Part shown: one piece after another, positions 15,510 through 24,213 of the stretch
Numbering within the stretch: the stretch's first letter is position 1
Layout: the number at the start of each line of letters is the position of its first letter
NCBI GenBank assembly: GCA_036507155.1
Contig: DASXQN010000005.1
Coordinates: 1 to 26,518 of the forward strand
Reading direction: 5' to 3'
From: Anaerolineales bacterium
GTDB lineage: Bacteria > Chloroflexota > Anaerolineae > Anaerolineales > Villigracilaceae
Length of the DNA: 26,518 bases
The notes under the pieces: model-generated
What the model was told of the DNA's origin: nothing
Databases searched by the model: none
The model's input: only the letters and a program-made list of their open reading frames with translations
Position numbers and translations under genes: made by a program

Positions 15510-15851
15510 ACATTTCATCACGCTGGAAAAAAGAATGGACGCCGATCCTCGGCTTGGTCATCCTGCTGCGCGTGATCTACGCCGCGCCGGGCTGGTCGGT
15601 GGCTTCCGGGCCACCGCCTCGACCCGGCGCTGTCGCTTTACAATTGGTCCTATCTTGGATTTCTGATGACACGCGGCACACAGCCTCACCTGCTGGATAG
15701 TTACAGCGGCTACCTGCTGCTGCTCTTCCCGATGTTTCTCTTGTTCGGGCGCGACGCGCGTTCCCCGGTTCGCGTTTTCACCTGGGTGCTCGCGTTGACG
15801 CTGCAGCTCAGCCTCGCCTGGGGTTTCCTGGAATGGAAATGGATCGCCTGA
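15506..15851 (+). pseudogene. Internally deleted, frameshifted mannosyltransferase-family (PIG-V-like GT-C) gene
   Basis: N-terminus MNISSRWKKEWTPILGLVILLRVIYA in one frame; C-terminal part RLDPALSLYNWSYLGFLM...SYSGYLLLLFPMF...FLEWKWIA* in another; junction near 15585-15600. Confidence 0.6.
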
Positions 15852-16939
15852 CGCTTCCGGGCCGGCTCGGCCTGCAGCAGCGCGTGCTGCCGAATTACCG
15901 CGCGCCGTTCTATGATCTGCTCGCGCAATTCTGCGAAGGCGGGTTGAGCGTGCGCAGCGGTCTGCCGCGGCCCGAGGAACATATCGCAACGGGCGAGCTG
16001 ACGATCGCGCAGTACAGCCCGGCCCATAATATCCATCTCCTGCGCGGCGCGTGGTATGCCTGTTATCAAACCGGCCTGACGGACTGGCTGCAGGCGTGGG
16101 ACCCGCGCGCGCTGATCGTGGAGGCCAACGCGCGCTACCTGGCGACGCCTGCAGCCGTGCACTGGATGCACGCGCGCGGCCGTCCGGTCCTCGGCTGGGG
16201 ACTCGGCTCTCCGCCTCTCTCCGGACCTTTAGCTGGTCTGCGCCAAACGCGCCGGCTCGCGTTCCTGCGCCGCTTCGACGCGCTGATCGCCTACAGCCGC
16301 CGCGGCGCGGACGAGTACGCCGCACTCGGCTTTCCATCTGAAAAGATCTTTACGGCCCACAATGCGGTTTCACCGCGCCCCACTTGGCCGCTTCCGACTC
16401 GTCCATCCTCGATTGTCCATCGTCCACCAACGATCCTTTTCGTCGGCCGCCTGCAAGCCCGCAAGCACGTCGATCGGCTGCTGTACGCGTGTGCGCAGCT
16501 ATCTGTAAAACCACGTCTCGTCATCGCCGGCGATGGTCCTGAGCGCGCGGCCCTCGAACGGCTCGCGCGCCAGATCTATCCGACAACTGAATTTATCGGG
16601 GAGCGGCGCGGGGAGGCGCTCAAGCCCTATTTCATGGAAGCAGACCTGTTCGTCCTGCCCGGGACCGGGGGCCTGGCCGTCCAGGAGGCGATGAGCTACG
16701 GACTGCCCGTGGTGGTAGCGCGCGGCGACGGCACCCAGGACGATCTGGTCCGGGAGGGGAACGGCTGGCAGATCCCTGCGGACGATCCGGCTGCGTTGAC
16801 CGCCGCGCTGACCGCGGCGCTCTCGGATGTGGGCCGCCTGCGCCGGATGGGCGCGGAGTCCTACCGCATCGTGGCCGAAGAGATCAATATCGAGAAAATG
16901 GCGGAGACGTTCGTGCGAGCGGTGAGGGCCGTGAGCTAG
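15833..16939 (+). CDS. Glycosyltransferase family 4 (GT-B)
   Basis: ILFVGRLQARKHVD, LVIAGDGPER, ADLFVLPGTGGLAVQEAMSYGLPVV; start codon uncertain because it overlaps the pseudogene end. Confidence 0.9.
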   Translation: MEMDRLTLPGRLGLQQRVLPNYRAPFYDLLAQFCEGGLSVRSGLPRPEEHIATGELTIAQYSPAHNIHLLRGAWYACYQTGLTDWLQAWDPRALIVEANARYLATPAAVHWMHARGRPVLGWGLGSPPLSGPLAGLRQTRRLAFLRRFDALIAYSRRGADEYAALGFPSEKIFTAHNAVSPRPTWPLPTRPSSIVHRPPTILFVGRLQARKHVDRLLYACAQLSVKPRLVIAGDGPERAALERLARQIYPTTEFIGERRGEALKPYFMEADLFVLPGTGGLAVQEAMSYGLPVVVARGDGTQDDLVREGNGWQIPADDPAALTAALTAALSDVGRLRRMGAESYRIVAEEINIEKMAETFVRAVRAVS

Positions 16940-17643
16940 CGGATCCAGCGATCGTGTTGGACCGAGCCCGCCGGCAGATGCTCGAGGAATGCCGGGATGT
17001 CGGTGGGGGTGAGCAGAACAGGCCCGAACTCGCGCGAGAAGCCGGCCATCCGCTTCGGCTGAAGCAGCACGCCCTCGTTGGCGCGGCGGTTGGGGCTCAG
17101 CACCGCACAATTTTCAGGGAGCTTGTCCTGGGGGCCCACGCGGACGATCTGGTCGATCTCATCGTACTTCATGAACATCCGGTAGTCCACGTGCGCGGGG
17201 ATATAGCGCACGGCGATGCCGCGCGGCGTCACCAGGTAGACAGCGGAGGCGCCGAAGAGCAGCGTGTCCTTGTACAGCACCATCAGGCCCGCGGCGAGCG
17301 CGAACCACTGCCACCCTTGTAGTCCCAGCCGGCCGCCGAACAGCAGGCCGAGTACCGCGCTGCCCGCCAGGACGAGCGCGAGATTGCGAAGTTGCAGGCC
17401 AATCGGCAGGCGCGGATGATCCCTGTAAGGCTCGCCTTCCTTCTGGAACTCGCGCGTGATCTTCAGCTCCCAGAAATATTTCTGCGCCCTCATCAACAAC
17501 AGTCCCAGCAGGATGAGGCCCACGAAAATGCCGGACGCCACCGGCGGCCAGGCCCACAGCGCCACAGCCGCGATCCAGGCGTAGGGGATCTTCTTCAGGA
17601 AGAGATATGGAATATCAAGGACGATGCGTTCGATTATTCTCAT
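16936..17643 (-). CDS. Hypothetical membrane protein (about four TM helices plus a PH-like C-terminal domain)
   Basis: Two TM hairpins, then YLVTPRGIAVR...YDEIDQI; start taken at MRIIER. Confidence 0.7.
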   Translation of the reverse strand: MRIIERIVLDIPYLFLKKIPYAWIAAVALWAWPPVASGIFVGLILLGLLLMRAQKYFWELKITREFQKEGEPYRDHPRLPIGLQLRNLALVLAGSAVLGLLFGGRLGLQGWQWFALAAGLMVLYKDTLLFGASAVYLVTPRGIAVRYIPAHVDYRMFMKYDEIDQIVRVGPQDKLPENCAVLSPNRRANEGVLLQPKRMAGFSREFGPVLLTPTDIPAFLEHLPAGSVQHDRWIR

Positions 17644-17693
17644 CGGATCTCTTATATTGTCATGAAAGGACTTATCGCGCTGCTGCCTCTCAA

Positions 17694-17896
17694 TATCGCG
17701 CTGAGCGGCGCGATGGCGCCAGAGGCGCAAGAGCGCAGCCGAAGCGTACCGGAGCGAGGAGCCGCCCTCAGCCTGTCGAAGGGACCAAGTCGCGGTGATG
17801 TGCGGTTCGACAGGCTCACCGCGGCGGTCTTTGCGAGGCCGCTATGATATTATCGCGCTGAGCGGAGCGCCGGCCTGAGCCGTCGAAGCGGCGACG
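17694..17896. repeat. Composite REP-like region
   Basis: Two copies of tatcgcgctgagcgg (17694, 17851; reverse complement of the module in copies B and E) flanking a gcctgtcgaa/ttcgacaggc inverted repeat. Confidence 0.7.
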
Positions 17897-17945
17897 TCTA
17901 TCTGTGCCACGAATTGGCAGGTATCTCGCTTATTCCTCCAACTCC

Positions 17946-19334
17946 TTATACTGCCTTCTCCACCCGACGATTGAGATTTCTAAAAAACGACGTCTCCCCC
18001 GGCCGCTGTGCGACGCGCCACAACAGCCACAGCACCACCAAGGGCGCCAGCATGCGCGCGTACGACCATGGAAACAGATCGATCGTCGGCACCAGGAATT
18101 CAGTAAAATACGCGATCCCAAACCAGGTCCATTCGGCGGACGTCTCCAGGCCGCGCAGCAGGACCATGCACGCGATCACCAGGAACAACGCGTGGTGTTC
18201 CCACACAAGCGGCGAAGCCATGTTCATCAGGATCATCAGCGGCGGGAGCGCATTCAACAAACTCGCCGATCGACCGGTTGCGAAGGCTTTGGCGCGCACG
18301 GCTTTGAGCATTACGGCGAACGCGGCCGCCGCCAGCGCGGCCTTCGAAGCGTAGATCGCAATGCGTGCGACGATGCCGTCCAGTTTCAACAACTCGGCGA
18401 CGGACCAGAAGAACGAATCAAAGGAGGTCTCGCGGAAGATCGGCACGCGTGGCAGGTTCAACTGGCTCAGGTTGTGCAAATAATCCAGGTAAGGCCGGAA
18501 GCCGTCCGAGAGCACGGTCAGCGCAAAGACCGCCAGCGTGAAGAAGGCCAGCCACGCCAGCCAGCGCCAGTCCCGCTCGAGCACGAACGCCAGCGCCAGG
18601 ACGAGCGGCGAGACCTTCAGGTGGATCGCCAGGCTGAGCGCCAGCGCCGATAACCAGCGCGAGCGCGGGTACAACAGCAAGCTGATAAAGATCAAATTCA
18701 GCACGTGCAGATTGATCTGCATGTAGTAGAGCGTGCGCAGCAGCGCCACGTTCACCAGCATGAACAGCGTCACCGCCACGGCGGCCAGGCGGGTGGAAAA
18801 ATCATAGCGCCGCAATACGTTGTGCAGCAGAAAATAGAACGCCATCATCATCAAGACGTTCAGATTCCATGTCGCGTACAGGAATACATTCTCGCCGTAC
18901 GGCACCAGCGGTTTGAGCAGCATGGCCCAGAACGGCGGATAGATGTACAGGCTGTCGAGCGGCTCGCCTCGATACAGGTTGGATGCGCCGAGGAAGTAGG
19001 CATGCAGATCGCCGTAGTCCAGGCGCTCGCGCAACAAGTTGATATAGAGAAATGATACGAGGAAGAATCCCGCCCAGGTGAACGCGTTGTCCCGATCGAT
19101 GCGACCGGATTTAAGCAGCCACAATAACAGCCCGCCCAGCAGCCAGGTGTGCGTGGCAGCAAAGATCGTCAGCCAGAACTTCGAGAATGGGCCGGTCAGC
19201 GCGATGGCATCCAGCCCGTGCGCGCCTTTCCAGGCGTAGGTCGCGATCACGCTGGCCGCGATCAAACCCGACGCGACGATCCATCCGATCCATGCGGTGT
19301 TAAGCGGCGCCAGGCTGGATTTTTTCGTCATCAA
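17946..19334 (-). CDS. Glycosyltransferase family 87 / DUF2029 (PimE-like GT-C)
   Basis: GDLHAYF, YIYPPFWAMLL, QINL, IHLKVSP, SPLVWEHH; multiple TM helices. Confidence 0.85.
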   Translation of the reverse strand: MMTKKSSLAPLNTAWIGWIVASGLIAASVIATYAWKGAHGLDAIALTGPFSKFWLTIFAATHTWLLGGLLLWLLKSGRIDRDNAFTWAGFFLVSFLYINLLRERLDYGDLHAYFLGASNLYRGEPLDSLYIYPPFWAMLLKPLVPYGENVFLYATWNLNVLMMMAFYFLLHNVLRRYDFSTRLAAVAVTLFMLVNVALLRTLYYMQINLHVLNLIFISLLLYPRSRWLSALALSLAIHLKVSPLVLALAFVLERDWRWLAWLAFFTLAVFALTVLSDGFRPYLDYLHNLSQLNLPRVPIFRETSFDSFFWSVAELLKLDGIVARIAIYASKAALAAAAFAVMLKAVRAKAFATGRSASLLNALPPLMILMNMASPLVWEHHALFLVIACMVLLRGLETSAEWTWFGIAYFTEFLVPTIDLFPWSYARMLAPLVVLWLLWRVAQRPGETSFFRNLNRRVEKAV

Positions 19335-19348
19335 TTACCCTTAACAGC

Positions 19349-19427
19349 TGTCATTGCGACCGCTGGCATGCTTCGACTTCGCTCCCGTTGGTCGCTCCGC
19401 TCAGCGCGATAGCTCCTCGCAATGACA
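19349..19427. repeat. REP-like element, copy E
   Basis: TGTCATTGCGA...TCGCAATGACA termini; shares gtcgctccgctcagcgcgatagctc with copy B. Confidence 0.85.
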
Positions 19428-19433
19428 TGAATA

Positions 19434-20585
19434 TCAAACCAGCTCCACGAACTCCCCGATGACATAGCCGCGCCGGCCCTTCGGATCGCGCACGTACACC
19501 CATTGGGTGGTGCCGATCTTCGCTTTCGCGGCCTGGGCGGGCTCGAGCACCGTCAGGCGCGTGCCGGCTTTCTCAACCGCCAGCAGCGCGCCCGCCAGCG
19601 ACGGGACTTTGCGCAATCGCAGGCCATTCGCGCCGACGGTCAGCCTGACGCTCAGGGTCAGTTTCGTGGACGCCGGCGGTGTCGCGGGCGGCGGCGTGAC
19701 TGGGGGTACGGGAGCCGGCGCGTGGGGCGCGGGACTGGGAGCGGGTCCCGTTGGAGGGGCGGGCGGCAACGCTGCGGCCGGTTCGACGAACCAGGCGGCG
19801 ACGCAGCCTTCGAGGCCCTGCTCGTCACGGACGTGCAGCCATTGGTTGGCTTTGCCAATGTTGGCCTGGTCGCCCGCCTGGATGATTTCCAGTCGCGTCA
19901 GGGGCGGCTCGATCGCCAGTGTTGCCGATTCGGTGGTGGGCTGGCTGCGCAGGCGCAGGCCAGCCGGCGCGTCGGCCAGCACCTGAACGAAGACGCCCGT
20001 CGACACCGGAACAGGCCCAGGCGGAGTCGGAATCGTCACGCCGCCGGAGGTCAGGCATTCATACATCACGACGGCCGTGATGGCTTGCTTAAGACTTTTG
20101 CCATGTCCATAGCGCGGCAGCAGCAGCACGCTCTGGCCGCTTTCCGTCGGATGGGGCCATGGGTCGAGCATCAGATAATCGTCGCCCTGTTTCTCATAGA
20201 GTACCACCCAGTGCGTTTGCAGCCCGGCGGCGGGACCCTGGTCGAGTTGCACGATCACCGGCTGGCCGGCCGCGATGGCCGCGTCGATCTGGGCCAGCGG
20301 CGCGTCGGTGTCCGCGCACAAGATGAGCGGCTTGCTCTTGATGGGCGGATAAATACTGCTGAGCGTACCCCACACGACAGCCGCATGGACGAAACCGTTG
20401 CGGCTTCTTATTTTTTGATTCATGCTCCTGGGAGTATCTGGAAAACCGTGCCCGCTCGACACCATCGCCACGCAGGTCAGCGCGCATCCGACGAAGCCGA
20501 TCGTTTCGCTGGCGCCGCCGAAGCCGAGCCGATCGTTCTTCCATTGCGGGTCCTGCTGGGAATAATGGACGAGCTGAAAGGGCAT
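19434..20585 (-). CDS. C39-like cysteine peptidase with two SH3-like domains
   Basis: YSQQDPQW, GCALTCVAM (Cys), THWVV (His), MLDPW (Asp); two GLRLR..P repeats with W..VRD..G..G.V separated by a Pro-rich linker; TATAAT and AGGAG upstream. Confidence 0.85.
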   Translation of the reverse strand: MPFQLVHYSQQDPQWKNDRLGFGGASETIGFVGCALTCVAMVSSGHGFPDTPRSMNQKIRSRNGFVHAAVVWGTLSSIYPPIKSKPLILCADTDAPLAQIDAAIAAGQPVIVQLDQGPAAGLQTHWVVLYEKQGDDYLMLDPWPHPTESGQSVLLLPRYGHGKSLKQAITAVVMYECLTSGGVTIPTPPGPVPVSTGVFVQVLADAPAGLRLRSQPTTESATLAIEPPLTRLEIIQAGDQANIGKANQWLHVRDEQGLEGCVAAWFVEPAAALPPAPPTGPAPSPAPHAPAPVPPVTPPPATPPASTKLTLSVRLTVGANGLRLRKVPSLAGALLAVEKAGTRLTVLEPAQAAKAKIGTTQWVYVRDPKGRRGYVIGEFVELV

Positions 20586-20647
20586 GCGATTCTCCTGCGC
20601 GACCGAATGCGGGGATTATACACTTGCGTGCAGATCAGGCGGAAAAT

Positions 20648-20678
20648 AAAAAGACCGAGGAGATTCTCCTCGGTCTTT
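20648..20678 (-). terminator. Rho-independent terminator
   Basis: AAAAA-GACCGAGGAG-ATT-CTCCTCGGTC-TTT. Confidence 0.8.
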
Positions 20679-20692
20679 CAGCCAAGTTCGGC

Positions 20693-20860
20693 TTATTTGC
20701 TGACCAGCACAAACGTGCCGGTCAAGTCCGTGCTGGCCTCGAAATGTCCGTCGCCGGTGTCGCGGCCGCCGCTCACTTCCACCCAGGCGCTGCCCATGAT
20801 GCTTGCGCCGGAAAATGATCCGCCGGCCCTCGCACAGGGGCGTCCCCCTCGACGGCGCAT
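20693..20860 (-). pseudogene. 55-aa ORF, probably a C-terminal gene remnant
   Basis: Hand translation MRRRGGRPCARAGGSFSGASIMGSAWVEVSGGRDTGDGHFEASTDLTGTFVLVSK*; starts 1 nt after the upstream stop, followed by a terminator; the 3' half has GC-rich third positions. Confidence 0.4.
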
Positions 20861-20861
20861 A

Positions 20862-21644
20862 TTATTGTTGCGGCGTGGATGTCACGACCGGCAGAGAAAG
20901 AAGGTTGCCGCTGGAAAATTGAACCAGGGTGGAATATACCCAGCCATTTTGAACAGGCGGGCCCGGAAGCTGGATCAGGATCCACTCCCCGTTTTCAGAT
21001 TTCCCCAGGGCCATGGCCGATTGACCGACTTCCAGTAAGCCCACTTTGGCTGAGGTCAGGGAGGCGGAGACGTGCATGTTGAGTGGGCTGGGGCCGGGAT
21101 TGACGAGCGTGAAACTCAGCGGCGTGGCTGTTTGGCTGATCGACGGCGCCTGTGCGCCGGCCGTTCCAGTAGGGGGGGCTACGAGGGTGATGCCCAGAAG
21201 CCGCGCCAGTTCGAGTGTGTAGGCGTCGTGCTGCTGCCGCGAGAGTGCAATACCTTGGTTGAGCGTCTCCTGGTCTGTGCCACTCAAGAAGGCCACCAGC
21301 GTGGCGATGACCGTATCCATATGCGTCAGCTGCAGCCTTTTTAGCTGGACCAGGCATGCCGGGACGCGCTGGTCTTCGGCGCGGCGGCGGATGCTCTGCA
21401 GGCTGGCGATGGCGGGACTCAATTGATTGAGCTGCGTGTTGGCGGCCAGCAGGGAAGCATCGTCGAATTCACGCATCAGCGCGTGGACTTTATTCACCTC
21501 GGGCGCGATATTCTCCGGGGCGCAAGGATCAGGCGTGGGAGTAACCGTAATCGTCGCCGTTGCTTCCGCGGCTTGATTCCCGCAGGCAGTTGCCAGCAGC
21601 GCGGTCAACACGAGACCCAGGATCATGGAACGGGAAGCTTTCAT
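20862..21644 (-). CDS. Lipoprotein with a helical domain and a C-terminal SH3-like domain
   Basis: Lipobox LLATAC; C-terminal LNMHVSASLTSAKVGLL...GEWILI...GWVYSTLV. Confidence 0.75.
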   Translation of the reverse strand: MKASRSMILGLVLTALLATACGNQAAEATATITVTPTPDPCAPENIAPEVNKVHALMREFDDASLLAANTQLNQLSPAIASLQSIRRRAEDQRVPACLVQLKRLQLTHMDTVIATLVAFLSGTDQETLNQGIALSRQQHDAYTLELARLLGITLVAPPTGTAGAQAPSISQTATPLSFTLVNPGPSPLNMHVSASLTSAKVGLLEVGQSAMALGKSENGEWILIQLPGPPVQNGWVYSTLVQFSSGNLLSLPVVTSTPQQ

Positions 21645-21666
21645 TGATTCTCTCTTTAGATAAGAC

Positions 21667-21695
21667 TTTAGGGATGGCAGAACGCCATCCCTAAA
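21667..21695. terminator. Perfect 12-bp hairpin, possible terminator or attenuator
   Basis: TTTAGGGATGGC-AGAAC-GCCATCCCTAAA. Confidence 0.5.
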
Positions 21696-21749
21696 ATTCT
21701 AACAGATATTGTCAAGCGGCCGAATCCCGCGATTACGGGCCCGGTCATC

Positions 21750-23057
21750 TCATGTCCACTCGCCGGTGCGCGCCACGGACAGCATGCGCTCGCGGTCCAC
21801 CAGCTTGCCGGCGCTGACCACATGCAGAGGCGCAGCGTGTTCGCGCAGCGCCTCCACGACGCTCGCGGCCGACAGCACGACGAGATCGGCAGCCGCTCCG
21901 ACCTCCAATGTGTGGTCCGCGACGTTCATCGCCCGCGCCGCATGCACCGTGATCATATCGTAGAGCGTCTCGAGCTCGCGGTTGGTCGTCATCCATAACA
22001 GGTGCGCGGCCAGGAAGGCCACCTCCAACATATTATTGCGGCCGAACGGATAATAGCCGTCAGAGATGTCGTCCTGCCCGAGGCAGACGGTCACGCCCTC
22101 CTCGAGGAGCTCGCGCACGCGCGCGTGCAGCGGTCCCGTATGCGGATCGCTGACCACCGCCATCTTCGCCTGTTTGAGCAAGGCAGCCACTTTCTGGAAA
22201 TACGGTTGAGGATAGAGCGCCATGGCGCGCGCGTGATGCGCGAGCGCGCGTCCCTGCCAGCCGCGCCGGATCGCCTGCACGGCCATGGCCTCGAGCGAGC
22301 GCAGGCCGGCATCGCCGGCGTCGTCCACCAGCATGGAGACGTCCTTGTCGAAGCGCTGCGCCAGGTCGAAGATTTCGTTGATATGTGCGTGAATATCGGC
22401 CTCTGTGTATTCGATCCAGGGAATCCCGCCCACCACGTCCGCGCCGAGTTCCATCGCCTGCTGCATGAGCGCGCTTGCGCCGGACTCGCGCCTCAGCCCG
22501 TCCTGCGCGAACGCACAGACCTGCACCTCGACCACGCCCGCGAACTCTGTGCGGGCACGGAGCAGGGCCTTCACGCCTTCGAGGCGGGCCTTCGAATCCA
22601 CATCCGCGAAGGCCCGGATGTGCGTATTGCCGTGCAGCGCCGCCTGTGCCAGGGCGCGCCGCGCGTTCTTGATGATCCAGGATTCTTCGTATTTTTCCTT
22701 GACCCGCGCAGCCAGTTCTATGGTCGTCATGGCTTTGCCCATGCCCTCGGCGTGATAGCCGGTGAGCGCCTCGTCATCCATCATCTGACGCGTATACACC
22801 TTGCACAGATGCAGGTGCGGATTGATGAAGGATTCAGTTACAAGATTCTCCTGCGCGTCTATCGTCAAATCGGCCGCCCCTGCGACGCGTTCGGCGACGG
22901 CCGCGATCCGCCCGGCCGCAATTCCAATTTCGGCTGTTTTTCCGGACTGGTCTCGCAGCGCGGCGCGGCGGATCAGGATGTCGAAGTGTTGAGCGTTGTC
23001 GTGCGAAGTCCCCGAAGGGGGAGCCTGCCTGTGCCCCGAAGGGGCGCGAAGGGCCAT
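21750..23057 (-). CDS. Amidohydrolase family protein (cytosine/creatinine deaminase-like)
   Basis: PHLHL (HxH), HIRAFADV, GADVVGGIP, HHARAM, LGQDDISD, GAAADLVVL; GGAG RBS before ATG 23057. Confidence 0.88.
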   Translation of the reverse strand: MALRAPSGHRQAPPSGTSHDNAQHFDILIRRAALRDQSGKTAEIGIAAGRIAAVAERVAGAADLTIDAQENLVTESFINPHLHLCKVYTRQMMDDEALTGYHAEGMGKAMTTIELAARVKEKYEESWIIKNARRALAQAALHGNTHIRAFADVDSKARLEGVKALLRARTEFAGVVEVQVCAFAQDGLRRESGASALMQQAMELGADVVGGIPWIEYTEADIHAHINEIFDLAQRFDKDVSMLVDDAGDAGLRSLEAMAVQAIRRGWQGRALAHHARAMALYPQPYFQKVAALLKQAKMAVVSDPHTGPLHARVRELLEEGVTVCLGQDDISDGYYPFGRNNMLEVAFLAAHLLWMTTNRELETLYDMITVHAARAMNVADHTLEVGAAADLVVLSAASVVEALREHAAPLHVVSAGKLVDRERMLSVARTGEWT

Positions 23058-23157
23058 CTCACAAATCTCCCGAAATAATAGGCCGCGTCGGCAAGACGCG
23101 GCTAATCTGCTTTCCAATCCGACTTGTTGGTCCGAATGCCACAAAAATATCCAGAAC

Positions 23158-23182
23158 CTGCATACAATATATTGTATAGCAG
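23158..23182. promoter_or_regulatory. Palindromic operator in a divergent promoter region
   Basis: CTGC-ATACAATATATTGTAT-A-GCAG with a perfect 16-bp core. Confidence 0.65.
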
Positions 23183-23187
23183 CTCAC

Positions 23188-24129
23188 TTGAAATTCGGCC
23201 TCCGCAATACTTCCTTTGTCTACCCTGATGGGACCGGCGATCTGTGGGCGGATACGCGCGCCCGCATCCGGCGCGCCGAAGAAGACGGCTTTGATTCCTT
23301 TTGGGTGATGGACCATTTCTACCAGCTTCCGATGCACGGCCCGGTCAAGGAGCCGTTCCTGGATGCCTGGACGGTGTTGCCCGCGCTGGCCGCGGTCACC
23401 AGCCGCATCCGGATCGGCGCGATGGTGAGCCCGGTCGGATATCGCAACCCGGCCCTGCTGGCGCGCATGGGGGCCAGCCTCGACCATATCAGCGGCGGCC
23501 GCATGAACTTCGGTTTTGGCGCCGGCGGCTTTCGGCCGGAATATGAGTCGTACGGTTATGAATTCAGCGAAAAGGCTTCGATCCGCCTCGATCAGATGAA
23601 AGAAGCCTTGCAGTTGATCCTGGGTCTGTGGGAGCACACGCCGTTTACATTTCACGGACAATACTTCCACGTGGAGGCTGCCATTCTCGAACCCAAGCCG
23701 CTTCAGACGCCGCATCCGCCCATCCTGATCGGCGGGGTGGGACCGCAGCTCACATTGCGGATTATCGCCGAGATGGGGGATGCATGCAACCTGTGGGGAC
23801 CGCCGGCGGAATTCGCCCGGGAGAGGGAAACGCTCAAACGTCACTGTGACGAAGTGGGGCGGGACGAAACCAGCATCGAAAAGACCACCTACGATCTGGT
23901 GTTGTGTGCTCCGACGCAAGTTGCACTGAAAACAAAGATCGACCGGCTGCTGCCAAAGGGCATCGAGCCGTGGATGGCGCTCGTGGGCACGCCCTCACAA
24001 CTGATGGATGTCGTGGGCGAGTATGGGCGGGTCGGCGCGGATCATCTATGCATGGATTTTGCGCAGAATGACTCCGAGTCGTATGCGTTGTTTGTGGACG
24101 AGGTGATGAAGAAGTTTCAGGGCGCTTAA
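23188..24129 (+). CDS. LLM-class flavin (possibly F420)-dependent oxidoreductase
   Basis: TTG start MKFGL; GFDSFWVMDHF, ALAAVTSRIRIG, YRNPALLA, LDHISGGR, PKPLQTPHPPILIGG. Confidence 0.9.
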   Translation: MKFGLRNTSFVYPDGTGDLWADTRARIRRAEEDGFDSFWVMDHFYQLPMHGPVKEPFLDAWTVLPALAAVTSRIRIGAMVSPVGYRNPALLARMGASLDHISGGRMNFGFGAGGFRPEYESYGYEFSEKASIRLDQMKEALQLILGLWEHTPFTFHGQYFHVEAAILEPKPLQTPHPPILIGGVGPQLTLRIIAEMGDACNLWGPPAEFARERETLKRHCDEVGRDETSIEKTTYDLVLCAPTQVALKTKIDRLLPKGIEPWMALVGTPSQLMDVVGEYGRVGADHLCMDFAQNDSESYALFVDEVMKKFQGA

Positions 24130-24161
24130 CGGTTTGCGTCAGGGTAGGACCCCGAGCTACG

Positions 24162-24197
24162 AAAAAAGCCTGCCTCATCGAGGCAGGCTTCTTGTTT
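24162..24197. terminator. Bidirectional terminator
   Basis: A6-GCCTGCCTC-ATC-GAGGCAGGC-TTCTTGTTT between convergent genes. Confidence 0.85.
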
Positions 24198-24213
24198 GGG
24201 AAGCGGCTACGTT

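Noticed and set aside
1543-19427. TGTCATTGCGA repeats as a CRISPR array
   Set aside because: Copies are kilobases apart, in both orientations and of variable length, with no spacers or cas genes
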